Shown here: positions 40,601-55,631 of the stretch, piece after piece
Numbering within the stretch: the stretch's first letter is position 1
Layout of the letters: each line of letters begins with the position of its first letter
NCBI RefSeq assembly: GCF_002113885.1
Contig: NW_018405752.1
Coordinates: 7,288-71,287, forward strand
Length of the DNA stretch: 64,000 bases
Direction: 5' to 3'
DNA from: Mizuhopecten yessoensis
Lineage: Eukaryota
Notes under the pieces: generated by a model
Told to the model about the DNA's origin: nothing
Database searches by the model: none
Seen by the model: only the letters and a program-made list of their open reading frames with translations
Made by a program: the position numbers and the translations under genes

Positions 40601-43600
40601 TCTATATTACATATTTGACAATTAGTCTAAGTAAATGTATAGAGATGTAGGTTAAAAAAGAAATTAAAAAAGAAAACAATGTAATACTTTAATGTAACTG
40701 AGATCGTCGTTATATTGATATGTAGTCTCAAGCACTGTTCCATCCTGAAACAACGTATTGAATATCAAATTTTGTAACTGTCACCGAGGTTTGACAGGTT
40801 ATGATGCCAAATAGAATTTAACAGTTTCTGTCTGTAACTAGTTATAATTCGGCACGCGTTGTTTAGAAGGGCGTTGAACTCGGGTTGGTTGTCTGGAAAA
40901 TTATTGTTAATTTCGTCATAAATGCATTAACCATTGTTTCTTTTACGAGTGGTGATGCATACATAAATTATGTAAAGTCTATAACAAGACTTTCAAAAAT
41001 GTGAATTTTTTCGTTCATATTCAACAAATGGAAATCAAAAGCTGATGAAATGTTTAGATGATAAAAACATAAATGTACACTTTGACCTATTGGTTTAATG
41101 CCGGCTCTTTTTGAAGATATCTCCCGGTAAAAATATTAACAGAACCTGGTTGATGACAAAAAGGATCTCCAGAAAATATCCCCATTTTCACTTTTTGTGC
41201 CGTGACAAAAACTGAAATAAAAATAATCTTGAAGCGCCGACAAAGAGATAAATGCAACGGGCATCAGTTCCAGAATTTTCCGGTTATTTTTCATCCTTCC
41301 GGAAACAACCGATGAAGGCCGATGGATTGTGACGTGTTTGTGACGTCATAGTATGATAATCTCCGAACAAAGTTTGCCTGTTAGTAGCAGATTTTATGTG
41401 AATGACTTTTTGATTCAGAATGTATATTAGTTTTTATCTCAATAAACAAGTAATAAAACATGAAGATTGTTTTCACTATTTGAAAATGTTCGTGTATGGG
41501 TTGAAACACAGTTGTCTTTGCTTCAAGAATGCACTTCCTTTTTCCCCACTGGACGTCTACTTCCGGACTGAAAAAAATAAAGGCAAAGTGTAGCAAGGGG
41601 AAACAACTCTGTTTACGCACGCATGTGTTACCATAAAAGAGCTTCGATCGGGCGCCTTCGGCTACGCTCTTATTACAAATGTGTTTGTTTCTTCTGCAAT
41701 TTGTTTGAGGTAATATGTTTTACGGCACGGCCGTTAGTGAGGGCGGAGCCAGGTTGTACTGTTAATGTATCGGAATATCGGAACTGTACTCTTTCAAGCA
41801 TTGCGTAATGTGTTAAATCACTAAATCAGACCTACATGTATCGCTATACAGTGTATATAACAGTTAAGTTTCCTTTCTTGATTTCTTTTTTGGCTGACGA
41901 GATGTTTGATATCTTGAAGTTTTCCGCCTAGGCGTATGATGACATGACATTAATGTGAGAATGCGAAAGGTTCATTAGACTATATAAGTATTTAAATTTG
42001 CACCTCTTGAATCAATTACAAAAATCAAGTGCAGCATATTCTAGAAAGACATTGAAATAAAACATATTAGGAAGGATATTGTTAATCATGTATAATAGCA
42101 TAGTTATCTGATATCCACGAAAAGATATATACATATATATATATGAATATATCTTTACAAATAAGCCCTTTGGATTACTTCAAACTTAACTTCAATGATT
42201 TATAAATATTGCATCCAGAGATAATTTATGCAAAGTATTTTACAATTGTTTTTGTGCTTTTTATGTGTAAAAATTAATTTGTTCAATGCTATAAAACTGG
42301 ATTTATATGAAGTTTCTATTAAAATAAGAAGCATATGCGAAATCACAATTTTTGTCATTTTTCAATACCCATCATTGCAGTCAAGAGAGTCAATAGATCT
42401 ATATATCATATATATATTGTGGATGAATACATTTGTTTCAGCAACTTACTGACTATATGCTTTATATGTCTCTGCTTTATTATAGTTTTAGCAATAGAGA
42501 AAATGTATTGTTTCCTCAATTAGAAATTGAATTAGTTCAGCACATAAATATATATTTTTTAATCGTCCAGATTTGTAAAACAGCAGATTTTCTTTTATGA
42601 ATAAAAAAATAGCTGTGAGATAGTAATCAAAAATTAAAATGTTACAGTATGGATTCAATTTTTTTCTTCAGTCTATTTTTTTTATGAAAAATATCAATAA
42701 AAAAATTCTTATGAAAATACTTGTATGTTTTTTTATCCTATCATTTTGCTTCACTGTGAAAAAATCCCTTTTTGTTGACAACCAGCACGCTGTTTTGTTG
42801 ATATTCCGTTTTCTAAATATATACCACTGCAATCTCTACCCAGACTTGTCGTAGGGAGTGCAAGGACCGTAACTCTGCGTGACTCTGCGTGATAGTCTCG
42901 TTCAACCAGACTCTTGTTGTCTGCGCAAGCGTCTGATTGAACGAGACTACACTGCCGATACAATAATTTTTCGACCATTCAGAACTAGAGCAATGTAGCC
43001 GGTCAAGAGAATTTACATCTTTAACCAAATCAAATATTTGAGTATCCTATAGTTAGATATAATTTTTAAATCTTACAAAAATGTAACGTTTGTTCGAGAT
43101 TCGGCAAACGAGAACTTGTTTAGAGATCATGATGGCGGAGACTACAGCGCGTGCGACTGGCGGCCATGTTAAGACAAGTTTTTCAGTTCCATAGGTATTG
43201 TGAATAATCTTTATTTTTCTTACATACGTGTTACCTATAGGATGAGCTTCGCTCTCACGGGCCCTTCGGGCCCGTGAGAGAGCTCCGCCCTCTATAATGG
43301 TAGAATGGTTAGACTATATAGTCTTCTATTTACATTCTTGATGTTTGTTCTGTACATGAATCTACCAAGTGAAAACAACTGCCATTTGACCATGAATAAA
43401 CTATAAATACAACGATTATCGTGCAACCTGTCAGCTAATTTCACACACAATTACAAATTATATTATTGTGCATAAAACCGTTTCTGAGAAGAGTTATCTC
43501 GCCTTCTCCGAGATAACGTAGTAGCGAGAAATAATAATAAGCATTACAAAAATCATAAATGGTGCACCATTGTACTATTATTATTATTTTTTATTTAAAA

Positions 43601-44119
43601 TTTAAAAAAAACATATTTATACCATTGTCATATTAAATACTGACTTCCGACTCGCAATCGGTTCCTCGTGGTCAAGACCTACTTTCTAACACCCAAACGT
43701 CCGGTTGGGTAAACTCCGTGACAGTTTACCCTGAGAACTTTGTAATGGCACAGCACACTTCATCCATCGATTTATCATCATTTACATCAGCAGGTGTTTT
43801 TGGTAAACAGCACAGGTGTGCTGGATGGTTACTATGCAATCGTTACCACTCGGTCATTTCCGTAACCGAAATGAAAGTAATATCAAGTGTTGGTTGTTAT
43901 CAGATTCTAGATAATCAGCTGATCGGCGGAAGTTCAACTTTTGAAGTTTGTGTGTAGGCTGGAGTTCTGTCCGATGCTAGTATCAAAAATGATAAATTTA
44001 CAAAAAGTGTTGTAACTTTTTTTTATTGTAGTTCACCGTAATGAAAATATATGAATTGAATGGATTTTTCCATGTACATTGCGGCAATGAATAGCAGTAG
44101 CTGATCTCCATATCTTCTG

Positions 44120-44357
44120 AGGAGCGCTTTAATGTATTTGAAAAAAATCCATTCAAACCCTATATGTGTTATAAAAATAAAACATCAAGCGTTCACCAAT
44201 TCTAGCACTGCCAAACCACGTACTCATTTACAGCTGAGTAGATTGGAACAAGCAGAGCAAAGTATCTTGCTCAAAGATACAACACAGTGCCGTGACTCGA
44301 ACCCGCAACCCTTCGGTCGTGAGTCCGGCGTCCTACCACTAGACTGCCGTGTCCCCT
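44120..44357 (-). mobile_element. tRNA-derived SINE (same family as 62433-62789)
   Basis: Minus strand GGGGACACGGCAGTCTAGTGGTAGGAC...GGGTTCGAGTCAC, then core TACTCAGCTGTAAATGAGTAC. Confidence 0.8.
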
Positions 44358-44951
44358 AGTTTATCACAACTGTTTTTAAACTGTGTTAACCACTATGAAT
44401 TGATCAACAAGAAATCACACTGTTTAATAAAATAAGGGTGCTGAAAAAAATTCACAGCTCACTGTCTCCATGCCACGGCATATACAGGCGATGTTAAAGT
44501 AACCTTTGTGTAGTTGGTACATACATGAATGCACTAATGTCTACGTAAACGTCATCGTGAGTGAGAGGTTTTCATTAGATGAGTGTATTGCACGGACCTT
44601 TCGTCCACTTCCCTGCACGTATCATCCAACTCCCCAGTCCTAACTCACTCTTCACTCATCGCTCGGACAGAGCTGTTCATATGCATAACAGCCCTGGTAA
44701 GTATTTGTCTATGTCTTTGTGTAACTTACATCATGTAATATACAATAATTGTTGCCCATTGTCAGTATAGACCGTAGCTATTTCTACTGTATATTTCCTG
44801 TGTTCCTGTCAAATGTCTAAGTCTATATATTGTATGTTGTAGGCTCCCTTTCTGTATATAACGAACCATTAGAAAGAAGAAACGAGTCTGTTTTGTTGTT
44901 AGACTGGAATACTCTGTTACAATCCAACATGGCGCCCCAATGTAACATAAC

Positions 44952-45201
44952 TGGAAATTAAATGAGTTTGTTTCCAAAAGCGAAATTTGATATAGATTCC
45001 ATGAACTTAACTTCTACTTAGGGTTCAATTTAGATGACGTCAGTAATCACGTGATTCAGTCTTCAGAGTCTGTAACACGAATTCTCATACTTCAACTGGG
45101 TGGGGAAAACCCCGGGTCGGGCAATTGAACCCTAAGTAGAAGTTAAGTTCATGGAATTTATATCAAATTTTGCTTTCGGAAGAAAACTCATTTAATTTCC
45201 A
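44952..45201. repeat. ~79-bp inverted repeat with ~92-bp spacer
   Basis: 44952-45030 is the near-perfect reverse complement of 45123-45201. Confidence 0.85.
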
Positions 45202-48200
45202 ATTCCATGAACTTAACCTACGTAAGGTCCAAATGAGATTTCAGAGATGAGATTCGTGTTACGGTAATACTCAGATACATTGTGTACAGAAATCAGAAAT
45301 CAATACATAATTTAAATTGTAACTGTATGTTTTTCTATTTACAGGTAATATATACATGTGCATGATCAGCCCATAAAGTTAACAGTCTTATGATCATGAT
45401 CTATTGGCAGTGCGCTTCAGCAATATCCCACTGCTAACACTCAATGCACTGTCTGTTGGTATGTTCGAACACTGAGCTAGTCCCGTTGTCACATACTGTC
45501 GTTACAATAATACAGCCAACACCTCTTTCAATTTCAATTCACCCAGCTCGTTTACATTCCAACCGCATCGTGACCTGATCACCTGATGATCTTAGCCGCT
45601 GCACAGCCGTTGCTTATCGGTCAGCTACCTTCGCGAACACGGACTAACTTTTTGTAACTTAAATACATCACTGGTTATTCACACGGCGTTTTTGTATTTT
45701 ACGTGAAAAAAAACTACTTCTTCTTAATTTTATAAGATTGAAATGCATTTTTTTAACATTTACGTGGGTATGAAACACAGTTCCGTTCAAACATATTCTC
45801 CAAGATGCGAGAACGCGAATCTTGGAGAATATGTTTGAACGGAACTGTGTTGCATACCCTAATAAATGTAAAAACAAATATGCATTTTAAACATTAAACA
45901 ACAACATTTGCCTTCTCAATGAATGGCATTATAGTCATATGAAATAAAGCTCGAGTTGTCTTTCTTGTCACTATACTTTATGCATTGACCAACACGTAGG
46001 CAATACTGACTTTGATGTTATGTTCAATCAAACATGAATGATGAAAAATATTAACAGATTCATTAGATGCAGGACAAAAACAAAACGTGCTCTGCCATGT
46101 ATCCCGGCCGGCCTCCCCTACAATAAAAACAATACCAAAGTGTCAACAAAAACAAAATTCAAACTCAAAATCGATAAAACTCTTGCAAAATATTAAAACA
46201 GAAAGATTTAAATGGAGACAATTAAAAAAATGCAATGAGAATAAAATCAGGTGTTCCAGAAAGTGTAAGAATCTTCAGATTCATCGACGACATATCCGCC
46301 ATGTAAATCTAGGTCAATTCAAGTAATGTCACGTCCTCACATCGGGCAGAGACAACAAAACCACAAGGCATTGCATATACATCTTTCACGGAAGTCAAGA
46401 TTCTCGGAGCAAGCTCTTGAGAACCGAATCAACTGCGACATAATAGCACCGTAAATAGGGGGATACACGTCTGTTACTATAAAGAAAGGGAAAGTTCACA
46501 ATCGGGAAGTCGAAGTCGTTCTACTTATCGTATAGTTTAGTAGTAAGCCGTCCCTGTTGGTCATGTTGTAAGTAAAGATCAAGGAAGGCGACTGAAGTAG
46601 AAGAGTCTGTGTCTCTGATTGTCTTTAATTATTGTTTTCGTGTTATTGTATTGTGCTATTGTTTTCGTGTTATTGTCTCGTGTTATTGTTTTCGTGTTAT
46701 TGTCTCGTGTTATTATCACCACAAGCTTGTTCCTTCGCTGCCTTTGTCAATACCTGCTGCTGGCATTTTTTTTTTTTTTTATCTCCCATGGAGACTCATT
46801 GAGTATGCGATAATTGAAGGAATTCTTACGAAATAAAAAACAAAATTCCAGGATCAATGTCAACCATGTACATCATAACTGTATACATGCAATCTGTTAG
46901 TTTATACCAATTTTGATTTCCATCCATTTAGTTCCTGGCATCACCAAATGAGTCATACAAAAACAAAAACAATATTGTATGGGACAGTGTATATCCTTTT
47001 TGGCGTTCTGTATAAATTACCAAATTGTATAGGTATAATCACATGTGTTTGTCAAACGTTTATCATTTAATAGCTTATACTTATGATATGTTGTATTATA
47101 AATCATGTTTGTAAAAACAACAGGATAATACCAAAGTGTCAACAACACAATTATTCGAACTCAAAATCGAGAAAACTTGGATAAACAAAAATAATATTAA
47201 CATGGAGCCGCTTGTAAAAAGGAAGCAGGGAGAATAAGACCAGGTGTTCCTAGAGGGTAAGCGTCTTCTGCTTCAACAACGACACCCGCCACGTAAATCA
47301 AGGTCAAATCCAAGTAATATCACGTCCTCACATCGAGAACCCGGGTAGTGACAACAAACCCGCCAATGCACATATTTAATGATATATCCTACCATACATA
47401 ACAACGCAAAGAAGACGTTTGTGTGGCTAATATTTTGATATTTTTCAATATCAAAATATTAGCCACACTCGTGAAATATATTTGTTTTTACTGAAGACAC
47501 CGTTAAATATCCTCTATTTATTACCTTTGTATACATTATTTTCATCACACACTATTCTAAAAGAAAAGAAAGAATACCAATTAATCAAAATATTAAAACC
47601 AAGTCTCAACAGGCCACAGTAAAAGTTTGCCACTAGTTTTGTCCACCAATCTTGTGTACTTCTTCATGTCACGTTACTATTGTAGTGTGATGACATGTAA
47701 TTTTGACGTCACGAAGTTGTTCTTCTTTTTAAATAAATATGAAAAGACATGTGAAGGGTGAAAGCAGCTAGTTTTTTAGTCGGTCGTTAGATATTATTTT
47801 TTTCGATATCATCTTCGATATACATTTGATTTACCCTCGTTTCATTTGCCCACTCGCTTACCGCCAACATATTTCAGTATCATCCCATCTTACCATTTTT
47901 TTGAACAATTCATAACATCTCCGTCAATGGATTGCCAAATGTGTTTTCATAACGTCAAAGTATCTGTTGACAAAATATGACCATCCAGAAGGCTACAGAA
48001 GAATTGTATATATGCGTGTAGTGAATACTATGTATCGTTTCTACCTTTACCTCTCATTGGTGACGTGTTATCATGACCATTTCATAAAACACGTAGAGGA
48101 AAAAGCATTAATGTTAATATAGTAATTGGTGTTTACTCCTTACATACAGTCTCAATTCATAGGTGTGATCTTGTTGGGTACATTTCGGAAGGAAAACACA

Positions 48201-48823
48201 AAGACAAAGAATTCCAAATTCAATGTTTTATTGACTTTACTAGTTGTGCTGGCCAGCAGCTATGTACATGTAAACAATAAACTTTTAACAAATATTGCAC
48301 ATACTCCTTGTAACAAAATCAATCAGATAAATATCATCATTGTCAATACTGTAAACGTATATAAAAAAAATACTGGATTGTCAGCACTGTCTCACGTATA
48401 ATACAGAAGTTCATTTGGCCGGAATATGTCATCAATATGATTTCAAATTCGACATCGTCATTAATAAATAGAGATAAGAAAATACAAAATTATTATCACA
48501 TATTCCGATTCGCAAATTATGCTAATGGGTTTTTATAGTTATTTAAACTATATGCACTGACATGAATCGTACTTATTATTACAAATGATCATCACAGGTT
48601 TATTTCGTTGTCATCTAAAACAATCTGGGACTTTTCTTTCAAAAGTTTAAAACACCCATGTATCGTTCTCGTTAAGTCCATTTGACGAACTATTCATCAA
48701 AACATGAAGAAAGTCCTACAGGTCTTGGAACGACATTTTTGTTCATTTTTTCTTCTGTCTTTTCCCAATCATCTGGATAGCTGCTATTGTTTTAATGTTC
48801 TTCATATCCTCATATCCGATAGT

Positions 48824-50775
48824 TTAACGACGAAAGATCTTTTTGAAGAGTGTGTTTTTCTTCTTTCTGCATTTTAAAGCACACGTGACTACCTTCTCGA
48901 AAACAGTTTTAACACTATCGTAATTTTGGGTAGTAGTTTCCATATATCCCCCAGCGTTTATTTCCCTTGCCAACTTCTCTCCTTCTTCTGTACTAACTGA
49001 CGAGTCGGAATCCGGATTCCGGGTATCCGTCTGTGTGGCTACTAGAATGACTGTAGATTTGGTGCCCCTAAATTTCCTTATTTCCGGTAGCCAAAATGAG
49101 GCGATGCTGTCAAATGAGTCTCGATCGCTTACGTTGTAGCACATGAGAATCACCTCACAGTCTGTGTAAGTGCAGACTCTCATACTGGCATAGTCATGCT
49201 GAAAAAAACCAAAAGTTTTATAATTAGTTTCAAGTGCTTTAGAAAAGGTAATGTGATTTGTATTAGTCATATTTGTTAAGTTTGAAGTAGAGATATGTTA
49301 TATGAATAAATATATGTATATACAACATTAAAGTCCTCTTTCACGATAGGTTCAATGATTTGATAAGAGAGCAACTTTTCAAATTAGTAATTTAGTTACA
49401 TAAACTAATACGCATTCAACAATTTTTTTTGGATCTAGTCTAGTTCCTTTATTGGACCATACTGTCGTTATTACTTATGGTATACATATTTTGAAGTGAT
49501 TATAAAAACGTAATGAATTTAACGTTCAGTATTTGTGAGGTTACCAAGGCCGAACTGATACTATTATCACCATGTTTATGATAATAAAATATAAACTTGT
49601 GATGACCACGTGCTATGTATGATCATATGACCAGCGTAAATAAGTGACACTGATAATATATGTTTATCCTAACTCTGGTTATCTTTCCAAGTAATTGACA
49701 CCTAAAAATATTTTTTTTTAATAATGTAACCAATTTTCTATTACAAAGTCATTGATTTATCGATATAAAAGATTTAATAAAATTGTGTTTTTAGGCCAAC
49801 TTTGACGAAAATAAGTTTTTCCCTTATATATTTCTTTTAAAACCTGTTATGCTTTGAAATACATTTTACACTTTCGCACTTTCGTATTTATTTTGTTTGT
49901 ATACTTAAACCATAAAGAAGAGAAATTACGAATTCTATACCTGTGATTAACAAGATTAATTTTTTTATTTATTATATAAAGATACATATATATTAATGTT
50001 AATCACTTATGTGTGAAGATGCTTACCTGGCCAGCAGGATCGTAGATGCTGACAGTATATTGCTCGCCGGCAACTGAGGTGCCTCCTGAAAAAACAAAGC
50101 AAGCATAATGTTAACGGATATAAAATATCATTCCATAATTTATATAAAACACACGTAATGGCTGTAACAGCTTATTTATATAACAGAGGATTTAAATTGT
50201 CTATATTTTAATAGCATCACAATTTAAGAACTTGTTTAAACATTGCTTATATAATAAAACAAATCCTAGGTGTCACAGTTACCACAGGAAACATAACTAG
50301 TGTCCTAATAAACATATATTACCTTTGACACTTAATTCGATATCAGTTATACACTAAATTGTTATAAAAGTCATGTTCTATTACAGAGTAGTACTGATAT
50401 TAGATATTATAGAGATTTTCAAAACAAGAAAATATCATAGTTTGATTAACACAAATATACATTAATATTTCGACAATTGAACATACCTAATGAACATGCA
50501 TATGAAAGAATTATACATTTAAAGAATTTAAACTCATCGATACATATTGAAACCCCGCCTGGGCACATGTACCCACACCAACTTCGTGCTTTGACAACAC
50601 GCAAACCCTTAACTTTTATATCAGTGTCACGATTATTACCTGCATAGTTTTCGAATACTGTAGCCACATAATTTTCTTCCGCCTGTTTTCCGATAAAACT
50701 GAGAGCGATAGATGTCTTCCCAACCATTCCATCGCCAACGAGAGTACAACTAACAGGTTTACTTGCAGTAACCAT
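48824..50775 (-). CDS. Atypical Rho-family (Cdc42/Rac-like) small GTPase, copy B, 189 aa
   Basis: Exons 50775-50640, 50085-50027, 49198-48824 (GT-AG, in frame). G3 DPAGQ; five amino-acid differences from copy A. PolyA signal at 48232-48227. Confidence 0.93.
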
Positions 50776-53700
50776 GATGAGTATTAAATTTAGTATAGTA
50801 CTTCCACTACAGAGTGTTGTATTAAAATGAAAGTGAGGAATGAGATTATCGCATTTTATATACCTTGTCTATTTCTGGACCACAGACAGCCAATCAGAAA
50901 CTAGCTATTTAGTTTCAGTGTGGCTAGGCTTTCCGCGTAGCGGCAAACAAATGTGTTCACATATCGATACAGTTTGATAAGAAAAATACAGGTAATGTAT
51001 GTTAAATCAACGTTTATCCAGGTATATGTTTGCACTCAATACGTAGACGCGTCATATCAATTTAATCCAGCTTCATTTATGTTGATTTGAGCCTGGATAT
51101 GTGTAAGAATATCATATAACATACATTATGTATTATAATCGTAATATACAACGTCAGTTTAGCGTTCTCTGTAATTCAGGCGCTTTCAATTGATTATATA
51201 ATATAATCGCTTTAGAGTTACAAAACATGTCAAAACAGTGACACATACTGTGTTCGGTGATGGCGATGGTAATGCTTCATATACTAAAAACCTTTCATTT
51301 AAATATGATCGTTTTAGAGTTACAAAAAAACACAATAACAGGGACATATACTGAATTCGGTGGTGGTGAGGGACATCATTATTTTATCATATAAAGTCAT
51401 CTAAATTCGCTCACTTATTAAAACAACCTCTATTGAGTATAAATTTATAAACGTATTATTTGCAAACGAACAAAAAAATCAATGTTTCTTTTCCTTTTGC
51501 CTAGTTAAAGTAAGATGTCTTTTTTTTAACCGATACATACCCTCTTTGTTTATGTTCATCATCACTGCTCTCTTCTTGTATTTAAACCTTCACTGTTGTT
51601 ACAGGGAAAATACCTTTCTGTTTATATGGCGCCGGATGTTCTTGGAGGCAAATATTGTGGGAGAACCTCAGTATTTCTACCCTAGTCAATCCTCATTTGA
51701 CTCAATAAAATGTATAAAACATACTGATGCAGTGATACATCCCAAAGAAATACTTACACCAATACGAATGTAGTCGTGTTTCTCATCATTAGAACTGCGT
51801 AAAAATATAACGAAATTCCATATTTAAACACGTCATGAGGATGAAACTTTATATATATTTTATAACTTGACTAAACAAGAATATCGACAAAGAACACTCC
51901 AAATTCAGATGCCCAAGTAGACATTTTAATCATTTCCATCAGGTCTACAACAGAAATACGCGAACCTTCGTTTGATGAGCAAATGGGAGTACTTCAATCT
52001 TGAATAATGTTTTGCATTGTGTAAATTAGTGTCGCTGCTTTTTTTTTTTATAAATACCGTAATATCCCTGTGAAGACCTGAGTTTAGTGTATCTACTATC
52101 TAGCTCCCAGTGCGAAACTACGTTTGGGGTCTCATACCCGGTAGCTCTCCAGCTCATCAATAACTCACACTCAATACTATACCTGAACTTCCCTTTACTC
52201 AATTGTTTATATCGATTGGTCAACTCTGATAACGTGACATAGCTGAACGTGCTTATTTTGCTAACGACAAAGGTATATCAAATTTAATATCTGTCATAGG
52301 ATAGTATTTCTTTATTACACTCCCCCTATCCCCCTTATCTATATATAGATCAGGATACGCAGGCAAGAAAACAACAAAAGAATACCGGAGTGTCAACAAA
52401 ACCATAATCCTAGCTCAAAATCGATAAACTATGGCAAAATATGAACAAAGGAATGATTTTCACGGAAAAGTACAATGAGAATAAGTCCATGTGTTCTGGA
52501 AGAGTAGGCATCTTCTGCTTTATCGACAACACCAAACATATGAATTTAGGTCAAATCCAAGTCATGTCACTTCCTCACATCAAAAACATCACATATAGCT
52601 ACTGACCCGCTCTTCCTCTTTACACATGCATGCATCAATCTATTTTAGTGCCTGGTAAGCTAATTACTTGATGTGATTAAACTGGAATTAAATTAATATG
52701 TATATGCATTATGACGACAATGTATGCGTTGATAGGGACATCTCTGACACCTTTCTACATTTGCATAAGGAAACAATTCTATCAAAGTTTTGCATCACTA
52801 CAAGTTTTATGATTGCTTGTATCGACATAAAATGTCTTATCAAATATGTTAAATACCTATCATGAACGAAGTTTATCGTTGCATATGACACAAGTCTTTC
52901 GCAATAATATTAAATTGATTAAACAGAATTAAAAAGACGAATTAACTAAATCAGCATTAATTGGAGTGCATAATACTTCGGCAAGAATTACTCGGTATTC
53001 TATACACTTGGAAATGAAAACATCCTAGTACGCCTTATACGATGAAACATCAATACCATTCACGATAGTTACTCACGATACTAATATAATCGTGCTCTAG
53101 TCATTCGCTGTAATAGAGGTAAAGTGAGATTCGTTTTGACTTGTCATATAGTAGAAACAATACACACAAAACATAAATGAACATGAACTATATATAAAGT
53201 GTCACTTGGTATTACACGAATGTTGCCATAAATAAACTTGACATGCTATAAACATAATCGATGGTACTTACTATATCACACGTTTAATGCATGCAAAGCC
53301 AATTTATAACAATGTTTATCTATAAATATAAATCACTCTACGCACGGTTTTACATTTACATACTGTTGAAATACGTTACTTAGAGTTTTTGTTATGAGTT
53401 TTTGCGGGATTTCGATTAGCCATAACTATCTTTAGTTCACCAATGGTGAAAGCTACAGAAAGCAAAACTTAAATGGTTAATACTAATATCTCTAAACATT
53501 TCGAAGCATTCGATTGACGGTGAACATAATTTTACAAATGAATACATTTTGTAAAAATAGTATTATATTATATAGCAGTTATTTATCCTCAAAAATTCAA
53601 ACAGAGTTGCATACGAAATAGGAAAAGTCTATTTGATAAGACTTGTTCTTGTTTTTAGTGTGGTATCGACTGATTTGAAAATAATCCTATTTAATATAAA

Positions 53701-54047
53701 CTTTATTTCATTCCAAATTAAGTTGCATTACATCACATAACATACAAAGTACAGAGGAATGGGATCCGGAAACAAGTTGAAATAACTTATATAAATCCGT
53801 TTTCCGAGAATTTATCTCATTAATTTAAGGCATGATGGCATAGTTACTGAATTCTATGGAAAGCAATATAAACACTTAAAACAGTAGCTAACTTTTAAAC
53901 ATAGTTCAAGGGATATTTGAAATGAGAGTAAAAGAAAAGGGGTACAGGGGGAGGGGGGGGTGGGGGTATAGATGCCCGTGCCAAAAAGAATAGAAGGAGA
54001 AGAAATAGGTGATGTGAAACAAAGGATCGTTGTATAATGAATAGAAC

Positions 54048-55631
54048 TTAGTCAAATCTTTCAGAATGGATGATGACGTTTTGTACAGATGAAAAATTTA
54101 AGGCATTTTCGTCATCTGTAAGCTCATTATTCCCGAACAAAAGTAAATCAGTTGAGAGTGGATGATTGATTTCGTTAAATGTATGCAACCGTAGTTGAGA
54201 AAAAAGACAACAATGTAATAGATAATGTTCATTGGTTTCATTTGCTTGCATGCAAGAACACAGAGGACTATCAATTAGATTTCTCTGGTATAGATAAAAC
54301 TTAAGGGAACTACACTCCATTCTTAATCTAGCATGATGTATCTGCCCAAGTCTGGTACCATTAAAGTAGAAATTTTTAATTTTGTTAGAGGGCTTGCGTA
54401 GATAGGTTTTAAGTTTATAGATTGAAGGGTCGTTCTTGACATAGTCAGGCAAGGAGTTCCAGATACTGATGGCAGATGGCAAAAAGGATTTATTATAGAG
54501 ACTCGTATGACTAACTAGTGGACGAAAATTATTTCCCGTGCGAGTATCATGGTTGTGGTAATTACGGTTACGCTGAGGTAGAATATCGAGAAGATATTGA
54601 GGAGCCAGACCATGAACCATTTTGTGGAAAAGAATAAGCTTGTGCTGTTTACGTCTTTCCTCAAGGGGAAGCCAACCTGTTTCAGTATACAGTTTAATTC
54701 TACTTGTGAGTCTAGTGCCGCCAGTGACTATGCGTGCTGCTTCTAATTGAAGATTTTCTAATAATTCAGATTGAGCTTTAGTAAGGCAGTCCCATAAGAT
54801 ATCGCCATAGTCTAATATAGGTCGAATAAGAGTGTAGTACATAGTTTGGAGACTATACCTGTCCAAAGAGAATTTAAATTTACGTAAGATATTTATTTTA
54901 GGTGAAATCTTAGATATCAAATAACTGATGTGTTCATTCCAATGACCATTTCCAGAGAGAAAAATACCTAAATGCTTGTGTGTAGCAACTTCAGAGATGT
55001 TAGTATTGTTCATATTTAAGGGAGGATGAAACGGTTTAATGGTTTTTCTACTAATGAGCAGGGTTTCTGTTTTGGATGGGTTAAAATTTACTAACCATCT
55101 TTGCGACCAGTTATGAAACTTATTAAGGTCACTATTAAGAATATCTGCGCTGACTCTAGGAATATCAACGGTTACGTAAAGAGAGGTGTCATCAGCGAAT
55201 AACTTTATTTTAGCTTGTATATCTTTAACAATGTCATTTATATATATCAAAAATAAAAGAGGTCCAAGAATTGAGCCCTGTGGAACACCAGCCTTAACAT
55301 TTAACCAATTTGAATTTTTACCATTGATGACAACTCTCTGCTTTCGATCGGAAAGATAATTTTCAAACCAAACTAATAGCGAATTTCGAATCCCATAGCT
55401 GGATAATTTACAAAGAAGGCCTTTATGCCAAACTCGATCGAAAGCTTTGCTAATATCACAGAAGACCATACGTATTTCCTTACCATTGTCTAAGGCTAAA
55501 TATATATCATGAATGATCGCAAGAAGTTGATTTGATGGTGAGTCACCGTGCCTAAACCCAGATTGATGGGGGGATAGGAGGGAGTGAGTGTGCAAGAAAT
55601 TGTAGACATATTTGAAGACACATTTTTCCAT
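54048..55631 (-). pseudogene. LINE reverse transcriptase domain (largest surviving ORF2 fragment, 527 aa)
   Basis: ORF track translation has canonical non-LTR RT motifs but is cut off from the endonuclease part by lesions. Confidence 0.9.

Noticed and set aside
48824-49270. 148-aa single-exon Rho ORF as given by the ORF track
   Set aside because: The first ~24 codons are intron; the real exon starts at 49198 after a canonical acceptor.
53938-53967. G-quadruplex-like G tract
   Set aside because: Part of the LINE 3' UTR; no evidence of an independent function.
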